A stretch of 64,000 nt of DNA, taken from Fimbriosthenelais zetlandica. Its lineage: Eukaryota. Both the position numbers and the translations under genes were made by a program. The stretch is from contig OZ365110.1 in assembly GCA_977030845.1 (NCBI GenBank), forward strand, positions 50,592,001-50,656,000. Reading direction: 5' to 3'. Shown here in pieces: positions 39,731 to 52,040 of this stretch (the first letter of the stretch is position 1; every line of letters starts with the position of its first letter). Below the pieces are notes generated by a model. It was given only the letters and a program-made list of their open reading frames with translations. It was not told where the DNA came from and ran no database searches.

Positions 39731-40631
39731 AACCTTATCACTTAGGCACCTGATCACTCCATAGTTTATCCCCAGTGCTTATCTAAAAGTAAGATCCTAG
39801 AGATCATTCTTATCATAGCTGTTTGCCTCAATCATTAGCAATTATATCAATGGTTGCTATCATAACTGACATAACCTGGGCCCGGTCAGACCTCATAATG
39901 TGGGCAGTGTCAGGATCAATCGATCCTCCTATGAAGCAGTATAAATATTGGATTCCGATAGAGGGGCTCCTGGTGAATAGGGAGAAGGGCAAGGAGGAGG
40001 AGGAGAAGGCAGTGAAGAGGTGGAGAGGGCAGGACAAGGTGAAACATGGCGTGACAGGAGCAGTGAAAGGTTAGACTTGAGAATGACAACCAATGACTCT
40101 CGTCTGTCAAGAGGAATGTACTCAAATACCTTGGTATTGTTTAAGCCTTGTTCAAGCATTGATCAATAGAATATTGTTTGCAAGCAAATCAGTCCAGAAT
40201 ATACCACAGATTATTGAACATGCCCATAAAGAATGCAAGCCAATGTGTCATAATATAAGTAAAGTGAATTTAAAATATTTCATTAATGTTTAATATATAT
40301 TTAATGTGTCAATGTTTCATTAATATTTTCCAAATGTACATGTCCAATGAGGCATTTTCTAGATGCATGTCAGGTTGCATCAATTGCCCATTATTAATTA
40401 ATGGGGCAACTGCTGTTTATCTGACATACTACTGAAGTATGAAAACGTTCCATTGGACATGACACTTAATTCAGATCAGTTCAGTGAATTCCACTTGTTA
40501 CTATTGTCCAATTGAAACAGACGTAAAAACAAGGTTTCTTTTCAAATGATGCAGTGTACAGACCAAAGGTATATGTTTTCTTTTGATGGGAGAATATATT
40601 GACACAATTAGGCTAGCATAGTCAGTCATAA

Positions 40632-40818
40632 GGCAATATCCACCGCTGCGATATCTTGCTTGCAACACTACTGAGACTAAGGTACGTGATACTTGTATCT
40701 CAATGAAAGAAATGGCCAATAGAGGATGGCCTTAAATCCGTGGACATTTTAACCACATTTTGCGACACGGTTGTCGCTATTGTGTTGCAAGGATAATCGC
40801 AGCAGTGGAGTAGATGTT
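40632..40818. mobile_element. ACTCCACTGCTGCGA-family MITE, degenerate copy
   Basis: TCCACCGCTGCGATATCTTGCTTGCAACACTACTG ... GTGTTGCAAGGATAATCGCAGCAGTGGA; central GGCCTTAA shared with 38668. Confidence 0.75.
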
Positions 40819-42929
40819 GTAGTATATGGACCCCCTCTTATGACCCGCCATTTTGATGCTTTATCCCTCTCTCTCTGTACTACTACTGCCAGGCCCGGGA
40901 CCATGCAGGGGATGAATCGATAGCGCAAACTGTCTAGAAAATTCCAGAACAGCCGCCTACTCCTCCCCTCCAATCTTCCTCATGGAGATACCTTCAATTA
41001 TTCAATTACGACTGAAAGATAAAGACCCCTCTAGGCTACAATGAATCATCTCAATGATTTAGATACTTAAGTTGATCATGTTCATTAACATTCAGTGAAA
41101 TCATGAATACATGTGTACCTGCAGACTAATGAGATTGGTAATATAAATTACAACAGCATCGTAATTCCAAGATTGTCGCTAGAAAGAAAGATCAGGAGAA
41201 AATTATGTGGGAATTATAAGTCATCTGTGGTCATTAAAAAATGTGTTTTTCCCTTCATTGGGAGTGGAGGTGTAGGGAAGATGGGAAAGTCTTCAGAAGG
41301 AATGTGGCCAAGTAGGTTTCTTAGGAAGGCAAGACATCGAGGGGAAATTGGACATTGGAAAGAAGTCATGGTCATCAAAATTGAAAGGAAAATGTCATAT
41401 CATCTTTTTTCTTTTGGAAGGAGGTTATTTGGAAGAGAATAAGAAGAAAAAGAACCAGGGTAGTTAGTTGGATTGTGGTAAGGATGGAGGAAGCTTATTG
41501 AGCTAGATTGACATTGATAGCAGAAGATAAGTTGATTAGTGTGTCTGGTATGTTTATCGTTATTAGAAATCCAGGATAGGAAAGGGATTTAGCTGGAGGG
41601 TTGATCTAGACACACAAGGATGTCAGACAAGGGACTAGGGTAGGTGAGAACATGGTAAAGTGTAGCAAAAGTGGATCGGGAGAGGGGAAGGGGAGGGGGA
41701 GCTAGGGAAGATGGGGAGGATGGGGGGAATAGGAGGACACGTGGCGAAAACATGGAACGACCACGGGGGAAGAGGAAGGGGCTGGAAATAATCGAGAAAA
41801 GAGAGAAAAAGAGAAGGGAGAGCAAGAGCAGAAGGAAATGATGAAGAGGAGAAAGCGTGGGAGGAGGAGACGAGCGAGAGGGAAGAGCAGTGGATTGATA
41901 ATGAGAGAGACGACGATGTCAAGGGAGGAGAAAAAGGTTGATGATACCAACTCATCCAGAGAGAGAAGGACAAGGAAGAGCTAGAGGAAAAGAAAGAATC
42001 ATTATGATGAAGTTGTAGACATTATGAAGGCCTCACCTGGGGTGCTCTATCCCTGGCTTGGCGATGGCTAACGCTGGCAATGCTAGCAGTGACGGTGGTA
42101 GTAGCAGCAGTGGAAGTAGTATAGCGCACTCCTTCTCCTGCCCCTTACAGGATGGTGATGCGTTCCCTGCCTGATGGACTGGTACTTGGTCGCCGTAACG
42201 TTAGTGATGTTACTGGTTGCAGCTGCAGCCTCCTCTGATCCGACTCGCCCCTGGGTCATCGTGGCAGACAACCACCCCCAGCTACTTAGATGATCATCGC
42301 CTTCGTAGAGTTACCAGAGCGTCCAACACTATTCCCTTTCTTTTCCTGTTTTTTCCCAGTCCTCACTTCCACACTGACCCCCCTTACTCCACTGGTGGTG
42401 GTGGTGGCGCGGATGGAACAAACCACGGGCAATATAGAGTGGTAATAAGAATAGTTGTTGCTGTCCTTCAATGTGGTTCGAAGCTCAAGGGCGTGAGAAT
42501 GTACGGACGGGGAGAATTGAGCAGGAACCTAGCGGCTATATCTCAGTATGAGCGCCTCACAGTAGCCGTTATATCCACCGACTGCTGCTGCTGCTCGTCC
42601 TACCTCTACTCCTACCTCCTCCTGATGGCCAGCTCAGTGATGATGCTTCAGACCTAGGCGGCTTGAGCTCAGCACCACCAGCCTCCACCACCACCACCGA
42701 CACACTCACGCCCCCTATACACAGCACCAGAACCGCTCCCTGCTCCTCCAATGCCTTTACACTTCAGGTTTTAGCTTTCAAAATCACCCTACTTATCACT
42801 CTCCATCTTGTTTTCTCCGGCTCAAAGGCTAATCACAACATTCCTATTGCTGTCACTACCAGACTATTATAAATAGACAGCTCCTCTGCCTTGAGAGAGA
42901 AAAAATCCGCGACCTTGCTTGGTTTCTAC

Positions 42930-42960
42930 GCCGCCGTCGCCGTCGCCGTCGCCGTCGTCG
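42930..42960 (+). repeat. (GCCGTC)n CpG-rich hexamer repeat
   Basis: GCCGCCGTCGCCGTCGCCGTCGCCGTCGTCG. Confidence 0.9.
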
Positions 42961-43477
42961 TTCCCGTTTGGTTCAAGTCCTGTTGCTGATCAAGGCTCCG
43001 CATACTAACCGTCCCGTCAGAATGGTATACTGTTATATATAGTGAGGCGCTATTGCTGCACCTCTCCTCCAGCCCACAGTTGCTGATCCTCCTGCTTTTC
43101 GTTATATGCGTGCTTCTTCCATCCACTTGGTTCCCCTCTCCCCTGTGAACTGTACAACGATCAAGCCGCAGGCTCCCTGCCAATGTTGCACGGAACTATG
43201 CACAGTTCTAGTGATGCTTTATGAAAGGTTAAGGGGAACGCCCATTGAAAGGCTTCAATATCAAGGGGAGTGCAAAGAGGGCTCATCAAAGAGATCGTCT
43301 AGAGTGCTAATTAATATGAGATTCATCAAGATTGAAGCTCTAATGCTAGAGCTAAAAAGAGTAACATATATCAAAGTATCTTGATGCATTTCATGTTCCG
43401 AAAGGTATGAATGAATGGCCATGCCAGCAAGGATTTTGATGTATAGAAAAAAATTGCTGATGTGGACAAAATTAAAA

Positions 43478-43592
43478 CCCATGCCCACTGAGCAGTATAC
43501 TTGATATACATCAGTAGTCCCATCAATTGCAAAATGCACAAATGACAGGAACAAATTGATGCATTTTGGAAAAAGGACCCAACGGACATGGG
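43478..43592. mobile_element. CCATGTCCACTGAGC-family MITE-like element
   Basis: CCCATGCCCACTGAGC ... CCCATCAATTGC ... GGACCCAACGGACATGGG. Confidence 0.7.
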
Positions 43593-44132
43593 ACCTAAGA
43601 AGAGAAGTTGTCAGGAGAAATATGGTCCACTTACCCGAGTTCATCCCCCATTTCCATATGCTACTATATTTACCCAACATCCATAACCTTCACCAGTGTC
43701 TTCCTTCAATTCACCAGTGAAAGTGTTTGGGTCTGTTCAGATGCTGCAAGCAAATGAAGAAGCATGAATTCAGGTATATGAAATCTCATGCTGGACATTT
43801 GTGCAACTGTAATATGAAATCAGATGGGTAAAAAAAAGCCATGAAGTTATCTGTTGAAAACTTCTGAGTATTGGGCTTTCAGGCATCCACTTTCCAACAC
43901 AGTCTCACCACTGGTGGAAGTAAGAGATTTGTTTCAAAAGAAGGTTACGCTATATTATTCAATAGAATTAACAATGATAAAGCATAACTTATTTTCGAAA
44001 TGTGCCTCAATTACCACGATTTAGAACTTTTATTGTAATGTAATGTTATTGCAAAAACTACTGGATGGCAGCCTTTACAATATAACTGCCTCAGGAAATC
44101 TGCTATTTTTGTATGGCAGACATTGTTTTTTA

Positions 44133-44255
44133 ACATGCCTCTCGCCACAGAAAGACCAGGTAATGGGAGACATGGCTGGCCTTTGGCATGCCTCTCACCA
44201 CAGACAGTAGGAGACATGGCTGGCTTGTACATGCCTCTAAGCACAGATGGTAGGA
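44133..44255 (+). repeat. 44-bp minisatellite family, ~3 units
   Basis: CATGGCTGGC(C/T)T...CATGCCTCT.A(C/G)CACAGA units; the GGTAATG.GA.ACATGGCTGG variant is also seen near 16130. Confidence 0.85.
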
Positions 44256-44371
44256 GCTATGCCTTTGATATGCCTTTTGGAATGACATCAGGTAAATGAA
44301 CTGAAGCCTTGTCTGGTAATAATGCAGGAGAAACTGCACACAAGGTAGAAGTGGGGAGAAGAGATATTGAG

Positions 44372-44576
44372 GAAGATTGTACTCCACTGCTGCGATTCTT
44401 CTTGCGACACTACTGCGACAAAGATGATGCTTGTATCGCAATAAAATTAGTATATTGTGGTCCAGCTGTCTAAGGCCTTAAGGAGGTCCTCCACTGATAC
44501 ATTTTCCATTGGGACACAAACATTACCTTTGTCGCAGTAGTGTCGCAAACAAAATCGCAGCAGTGGAGTAGAGGCT
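44372..44576. mobile_element. ACTCCACTGCTGCGA-family MITE
   Basis: ACTCCACTGCTGCGATTCTTCTTGCGACACTACTGCGACAAAG ... CTTTGTCGCAGTAGTGTCGCAAACAAAATCGCAGCAGTGGAGT..GGCT|TTA. Confidence 0.85.
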
Positions 44577-44822
44577 TTATGGTGGCCAGCGTGGTGGTCT
44601 GATGCAGCCTACTGTACCATGGCCCACCCATGTCATACCACCAACCGACCACCATTGATTTGTCTCAACCACCACACCGCCTCCCTCTCCCACTGCCCGC
44701 CCCACCGTACAGCACCAATAAACCTAGTATTGACTCGTTTACCAAGAAAATTTATCACAACTAGTTCTCCCTAAAGGCAATAAAGTTTACTACAAGGGTA
44801 CAAACATGTACAAGTCCATGTT

Positions 44823-46430
44823 TTATTGCATTTGATACATATATACCAGGAATATATGCAGGACCCAGTGTGTATGCCCCAGAAGTATTGAGTTAAAATT
44901 TATTTCACATTTCAAATCAATACTTGGTGTTTTTTGTTTGAGCATTGCATAATCCCATGGGCAGCCACACAAATCTTGATTTAAACATACTGAATATTCC
45001 GGTGAAAATGTGTGGAATACGTGAAATGTTTCGGATGCATTAATATGCTTACCAAATTCTGCATGGAAGCTGTCCGTTTGAAAAAGAAATTTGTGAGTTC
45101 TCTCTTTGGATTATGCAACACCCTCTTCGGTGAAAGTGAAACGTGGATTCACAATTCTCATTTTAATCGGAAGCGATGGTTTTAATTCGTCAATGGTGAT
45201 AAAACTGTACTCATGAAAGTGCCCGCTATCTTGTCTGAATGCATTGAAAGACGATACTTCATTTTCTGTTGGGGGGCGGCTGAATTATGAATTAGATTGA
45301 AACATGAAAATGATCTTATTTGTATTCTGCCATGACTGGCCCAGTAAAAATAGGAAGCAGAGCATGCTTGCAGGCCCCATGAGACGGGAATCTGTTCGGA
45401 ACAAATTAATTAGATACGTTTTGAAGGGTTGAAAAAAGCAAGAATCGGCATGAATTTTATTTCATAGGACGAGCCTTTCCAATTCAGTTTCCAGCCATTT
45501 GAATGCGGAAGCACTAATTGGGCTGTCGATAAATGGTTTTCTACCGATAGGGAAAGAAGGTAAGGGGCTGGGTGTATCTGGTAAAGCGGGTCATTTCTGA
45601 GATTGATGGCTTGACTTGGGAGGTGCCTGTACAGAAATGGTAGGCAATAGAAAGGCCTGACAATACAGGTGCCTAGAGCTAATATTTATAGATGGTAGAG
45701 CCAGCAGATGGGGGGGTTCTCAGTCATAGTGATTGGATCGCGACTGGTCCACCTGTTGCTGATGCAGTAGCTCGTATGGGTTCATCCAGTATGGAGAACA
45801 CAACTGGGTGGTGGTTCCTAATGTGTTTTCTTTGTAGGTTTGACTGCAACAATGGTCCTTGGGACAACAAGTCTGCCTTGATTTCCCTTCCTTAAATGAG
45901 TGTTTTTTGTCTATGTAGGTTTTCTAAGCCGTGCAACCACCTTCCCCAGATATCTTAGACTAGTTTCAGAAGACAGGACACAAAATCATATTGTCAGCTT
46001 GATCATGTTGGAGAAGGCATGTGGTCCATCGTTTGTTCCACCCATTGCACAATAAACAGCATAATATGAATGGTGGTCAAAACGCATTGACAAAATCTTG
46101 TACAATGACCTCACCAGGGCAAATTTGAATTTATTTCAACGGGTCAGAATAGCACCGTTGAGGATAACATACACAATCCCGACTTTTGGTGACTTTTATG
46201 TTGGCACAGAAATATGTCCAACAGAATCTGATGGACTAATTTTGTACCACTTCCGGTAGTGAACACACTCAGATCTGATTGTTGAATCTCTTTGCTGATC
46301 ATTGGACCCTGATGCCGACTGCATTCTGACTGCATACCGAGTCCAAAAACGGCATACAACTCACATATGCAACAGGTTTTGTGTGTTTCAGGCCAATTTC
46401 TCTTCTGCAAGAGCTTGACGTACATATTAT
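44823..46430 (-). pseudogene. Decayed long ORF of unknown family (probably transposon-derived), Cys/His-rich N-terminal part
   Basis: One minus frame from ~45923 to 44823 has 5 stops in ~367 codons (about 23 expected at 40% GC). It includes RKPFIDSPISASAFKWLETELERL and HEYSFITIDELKPSLPIKMRIVNPRFTF...HKFLFQTDSFHAEFGKH. Upstream are Cys/His clusters (QICPGE, CLLCNGW, SNLQRKHIRNHHP). Confidence 0.5.
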
Positions 46431-48189
46431 CATGAGCCCTTTAGTGTCAGAGTTTGCGAAATTATCTATTGTTCTGACTCACTTGAGTTTCAACATATTT
46501 AAAAACCTTGCCCTGTGTTTCTTCTACCAGAAACTGTTCCATGCATCACCTTTAAATAACACCTCTTAAATCTACCACCTGGAGAACTAGTGTGTGTGCA
46601 CTAGTGGGTGTGTGGGCACGCTATTTCTCACTTCTCTATACCAGCCTGCCTTTACCCTCCCCCACCCCCCCCCCCCCACCCCCCCCCCCCCCTTACTCCC
46701 ACCCTGGAATGCCTGCAATACACGCCCAGGATTACCTATTATACAATCGCCAGTCCCTGGTCCAGAGGGATAAGCAGATCGTCTTGTGGGATGGAAGGTG
46801 CATTCCTGCTGATATAAAGGGGCATCGCGTTTGGCGCCAGTCGTGCCACTAACTAGTGTATGCACTCTAGTAGCGCCACCGGTGGTCGTGTATGGTATTA
46901 TACTGCCAGCCTTATCAATCACTAAGCCACCCTGGGACCACCATCGAAAGATGAAAGCAGGAAGTAGGGAGCAAGTCTGAGATCTAGAAATTTCTTCCGA
47001 ATATTTCCAAGCAGCAGTTGGTCAACTGCTTTATATGGTCTTGCAACTTGAAAGAGTTGGTTTTGACCTAAAAAGGGATGGGCATGTGGGAAGTGTATGG
47101 GTAGATGTGTGCCCCCATAAATTTTGTACAGAGTCTGGCGTCCATGTGGGCAACAGGGTGAATTTGAAGCTCGTTCCAACTGATCGATCGATGAAAGGCC
47201 TTTTAATAATTTAGTCTATGTTGTATCATCGCACAATGCTGATAATTTGTTGAGCACAGGAATGATTTGCTAAATGTGTAGCCAGACTTAATTGGCCACC
47301 ATTTAATAACAAAAGTGGTTCTTTCTAAACTTTAAAATGAGGTTTTATTCGATCACTGAGAGTCCAAATTACAAAAGAAATGATATACTACACTGGCATT
47401 GCTACCTACCAGGCAGGTGCATGGACTGAAAGTTTCAGTTGGCAACAGTACACAAAGAAAACAATACAAACTAAAGCTATGTTATCAGATTCTGTCTATG
47501 TACCGAATCAACTTATTTTAATATCAGTTGGATACTTCTAATCTTCAAGATACAATTTGAACACTGTCAAAATAAGCCCATGTGTTATAAACCTACATTT
47601 TATAATTATGAAAATCTTATAGAAAGAAGACATTCTGAAAAAGTCTTCAACCAAGGTGCTTAGGAGAAGCAATTGTGGTCATTTATTTTCAACCAAGTAC
47701 TGCTATGTTAGCGGTTTTGAAACAGAGTTATTTATCTATGCTAATGCAGTGGTGCAACCTTCTATGGGGGGACCTCTAAACGTTGGTTTTACTAGTCTCT
47801 TGAGGGCAGCTAAATGAGCTATTTGTGCTCATAGATATAGCCTACACTCCTGCCTCTACGTGTCTTGCATTCTCCCGATTCCTGCCCCGTTTCATCTCGT
47901 AGGACCAGTGGCCCCCTTATCCCCAGGTCGGCACTGACTAAAAGTGCCCCACCAACAATATATCCAAAGGACAGAACGCTAAAAGCAAGAGGCAAGAAGC
48001 ATATAGCTCAGCACTGCATGGTTCTACGAGAATAATTTATTTTGAGTATGTGCATAGAGTCTTCAACCTTCAATGCTGCTGTAGCCATTTGGATGCGACT
48101 GGCTTGGGAGGTGGAATTCTGGCAGAGAGTCATTACAAAATGTTTTCCTATCAAGTCCATGAGTGATACTCAGATAAGAGTGTGCTTCT

Positions 48190-49200
48190 CTATGTCTTTT
48201 GAAATGTAAAAATCTCGTTGATGTTTTTGAACAATTTTATAAGAGATCTTAGTCTGATGTATTGATAGTGCTTCAGAGAGGAGTTGCTTCAGTCGAAAGG
48301 AAACGGCTGATGTACTGGAATGAACAGCAGATCGACAGGTTTCTAAAAGCAAAACGCCCAAAGTCAGAAAGTAAGACTATCCAATATAATATTGACAATG
48401 AACGGTTACTGGCATTAGATTCAGGCTTAAGTTACCTAGTTCAAATTACTATCTTATATGTTGAGTAATCCTTCTAGTACATACTTTGGCAGTGATGTCT
48501 AGAAAATCTTGCTGAAGTGTGGTTATCCCTTGGGACTGTTTGCTATTCATACTTTTGGTAATCTTGCCAATGCACATTATTCTGGCATGACATTTTGGTT
48601 TTCCAGAGTTTCTGGGCACCCATAATTGACTTCAATCGACGCCAAAAGTGGAAAGGAATATCATATCAAGTATAGGAGACACCAAAAGTGACTAGTCGGA
48701 TACACCGACAGTTGTCCCGTAACAGTGGCAATTATCATTCCGATGTTGCCACTGTTGTTGCACCTGAACCAACAGTATCTCACCGTTAGGATTTATAACA
48801 GTGTGTATGAAGACAGGGAGGATAGAGAGATCAGTGCAATCTTCCGTCTGGTGTGAATGTATATAGCTGACTAGGTACACCAGGCTTTGAATATTTATTC
48901 CAATCACATATACCTCCCGATCCCACTGTGACTGGAGGGCTATAGGTTTGGGGGCTCGGGAGGCTGGGAGGCCAAAGGGAGGCCCACTGATCTGGGTCTC
49001 AGTTCTGAAGTGGATACCTATACTTGTTTCACGATTCCAAAATAGGACCTGTGGCTGTGTCCTTGTAAACAAGAATTTCCTTATGGGACATAGCGGCCAT
49101 ATCTCAATATTCCAGATATTTGCCAAGAGCTCTGCATCCCATGGATGCATGCCCTTGCGACCCTTGCGTCTTGAGCAACTTCAGGGTTCTGCTGCTGAAA
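48190..49200 (-). mobile_element. Possible Penelope-like RT plus GIY-YIG remnant
   Basis: FGLPASRAPKPIAL (cf. YGLPKxHK..PLRPI), FWRR, then CQYYIG...LLSEALSIH (cf. YIG...EALxI). Spacing is compressed, so the call is tentative. Confidence 0.2.
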
Positions 49201-49599
49201 GATCCTTGCAATCTACAGAATGATGCTAATCGCAATAGAAAAGTTGCACAGACATATCACTAACTTCCTATGGCAAAACAAACTCAGTGAGCAATAGCCA
49301 ACTAGATCCGGCAACCCCCAGATAACTTGAATATCAATTGTTAGGAAAAAGTCTCATTAAAGATATACATATTTTGACATTTCTAAAAGTCTTTTTCTGT
49401 GAGTTCAATGTCCTTGCTTGTGGTATAAGGATGTGTGTGCTTCAGTCTACTTGAGGTTGGGATGAGCATGGCTACCCACTTTGGTTCTGAGTGCCCGACC
49501 CAGGCCAAGGAGCTGAAGGGGTGAAGGCTGGTGGGTGGTACTTTGGCATACAGATGTCAATGGGTGGGCAGTAGGGGGTGGATGAGGGGTGGAGGCGAT

Positions 49600-49995
49600 A
49601 GGAAGGGAAGGAAGGGAAGGGAAGGAAAGGGGATGGAAGGGAAGGTGAGGGTTGGTGAGGGTTGGTGAGAAGAGGGATAGTAGGGGAAGGAAGAGGAGGG
49701 AAGGGAAAGGAAAGGGAGGGGAATGACAGGGAAGAGGGAGGGAGTGAGGGAAGGCTGGGAGGGAAGGAAAGGGAGCTATGGGAGGGAAGGAAAGGGAGCT
49801 ATGGGAGGGAAGGAAAGGGAGCTATGGAAGGGAAGTGGCAGGGAATGAGGGAACTAAGGGGGATATAGGATATTGGAAGGAGCAAGAAGGGCAAGGGAGG
49901 TGTGAGTGGGAGGGAACGGGCAGGCGAGAGGATGACAGGGAGGGAGGCGTGGTAAGGGAAGAGGAGGTGAGAGAAGGGGAGGGGGTAGAGATAGA
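49600..49995. repeat. Purine-rich (GGA/GGAA) tract containing a 23-bp unit x3
   Basis: GGGAGGGAAGGAAAGGGAGCTAT at 49757, 49780 and 49803. Confidence 0.93.
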
Positions 49996-50849
49996 GGTCT
50001 ATTCCCCATCAACAGTGACTGTTTAGCCATTTGAAGCTGACAAAAGGGAATCATTGTCAGATCCTATTGATCAGACTTAGATCAATATACCTCCTCATAT
50101 CCCAATAGTGAAGGTAGCCCAGGGAGGTAGAGCTGGAGGGTGGGGTGGTCTAAGACAAAGGCAGGCATACAGGGTAGAGATTAAGGTCAAACGGTGTCAG
50201 ATAACTGGTGTCAGATAACCAGGTATAAATAATGATCCTTACTGCAGCCGATCCAGAGGAAAATTTAGTATAACATGCATAGTATTACAGGTTGATACAG
50301 TCATGATTTCTTTGATATTTATTAGTAAATTTTAACTTTTTTGACCGAGTGAAAGGTGCATACCCTGTCAATCCCTTCAAGGTTTTGGCGAGAGTTGCTT
50401 GCGAACAGGTGTTCCGACCTTTATCATGATGGCGAATGCCTCACGATCAGCAATTGTATAAAAATCAATATTTAGAAGTCCAATATACGTTCACCAAACC
50501 CTTGCACAAGCACCCTCGCCAATCTGTCATCATGCTATGCAATGTAATGGAATTGAGAGTTATGCGTGCCCTCGCCAACATCTTGTGAGAATCCTTGCGA
50601 GAACCCTCACCACCTTATATATAAAAGCAACCCAAATTACTAACAAATAATTAATCTTCTATTCAATTTTACGAACTCGCAGCCTCTGACTCTTAGACTG
50701 GTGGATGCCCCAACTTGCAGTGCCTGACCAGGAGTGGAGTATTGGACAATACGATGGCAAATCACATAGGGAATGACCTAAGGCGAGTCTTGACCTCTCA
50801 CATATTATAGGTTACCGTCAGGGGTACCAGAAAATCATGATGAGAAAGC

Positions 50850-51150
50850 GAAAGGTACTGACACATCATGATGGGAAGGAATCAGAAGATTTGATGACAG
50901 GATATGAAAAGAATAGCTACCGTCACCTTCATGCAGTTACTGCTTTAAGGACTGCATATTTTGTTCTGTCTGGTGCACCAAAGACCCTCCAAGTGATAGC
51001 CAGGCTATAAGGTATTGAAAGGGAATGAGGAAGTGAGAGAAGGGTCGAGTGAAAGAAGAAATATTCAAATGGATATCGATTAGAATCAGTCGCCATCTTT
51101 CAGTACATTTACTGAATATCGAACCGCTGTTTGATCTCAAAAGAAGTATT
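50850..51150 (-). mobile_element. Possible Penelope GIY-YIG C-terminal remnant
   Basis: ERWRLILIDIHLN...RPFSHF resembles ERFxEHxxDIxxN...PVxxHF. Weak. Confidence 0.2.
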
Positions 51151-51574
51151 GGTAACAGAGAGAGATGCTGGGGAAGGCAGTCATTGACAACTTCATGCTT
51201 CAGTTAATGATACTCCTTTCTTCCTTAAATTATTCTTTAAAATTCTTCTTGAAGGCAAAGTATTGCATTTTCTTTAGAATAACATTTTGCTAATAATTAA
51301 ATTTGCATAACAACCACAATTAGTTTACTTTCTTACAAAATTAACATTGCAGTTTTGTTAATCCCAAATGCCTTTTTGGACTCCCAAAGTGCTTTGATTT
51401 TGACCCCCAAATAACTTCATTTTGACAACCAATAATTGTCAGATCTGAATAATTTGTAGGTCTGGGATTCTAGGATTTTGTAAGTCTGGGATTCCGTTGG
51501 TGTGTGGTGGGGATGGGGATGGTGCAGGGTGCAGCAGGCAGTTTGCGATAGTGCCCATTTTCCTATAGCACCCC

Positions 51575-51602
51575 TCCCTTGAAAATCCTAGATCCGCCCC
51601 TG
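51575..51602 (-). mobile_element. GGGGCGGATC(T/C)AGGATTT terminus of a GC-rich non-autonomous element family
   Basis: CCCTTGAAAATCCTAGATCCGCCCCTG here; the same terminus appears at ~12530-12550, ~4940-4960 and 61286-61325. Confidence 0.6.
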
Positions 51603-51864
51603 CCCACGATTGATAAATGATTAATATATTTTAAACAGTCCGGCTATGGGGCGGGGAGAGCAGGGTCTCACAGCAATACTTGAGCCCTTCCCCATGACCA
51701 GACTCTCTCAGTTCAGGTAATTTAATGAAAGCTTTGGGAACCAGGTGGGCCAGACCAAGTATGGCCGTCCTGAAGAGTGCTGATGCAAGCACCAACTATA
51801 GTAGTTTAGGATGTTGGCTAAAATGTTTGAAGTCCCATGTCCACTGAGCCGTTTTAAAAGGTCT

Positions 51865-52040
51865 TCGACTGCCGAAAATTTGCTTGCGACACTACTGTAA
51901 CAGATTGATTCTTGTGTTGCAGTGAAAAATTACTAGTAGAGGACAGCCTTAGACACATGGACTACAAATTATATAAATCGAATTGCGACGCAATTTTTGT
52001 CACAGTACTGTCCCAAGCAAAATCGCACCAGTGGATTATC
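51865..52040. mobile_element. ACTCCACTGCTGCGA-family MITE, degenerate copy
   Basis: TTTGCTTGCGACACTACTG ... CAGTACTGTCCCAAGCAAAATCGCACCAGTGGA. Confidence 0.65.

Noticed and set aside
41100-41600. Penelope RT on the minus strand (LINLSS, PNNL, LPK, TTDD..PH)
   Set aside because: The motifs are in the right order but spaced at about half the expected distance; not supportable without an alignment.
46878-46895. CTCF-like site AGCGCCACCGGTGG
   Set aside because: One base short of the consensus core spacing.
46922-47179. 85-aa minus-strand ORF as a host exon
   Set aside because: No recognisable family or clear splice sites, and a plus-strand frame is equally open; more likely TE debris.
48262-48468. 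Crypton/ZMYM-like N-terminal motif (EQQIDRFLKAKRPKS)
   Set aside because: No downstream tyrosine-recombinase motifs, and the opposite strand gives a competing GIY-YIG-like reading.
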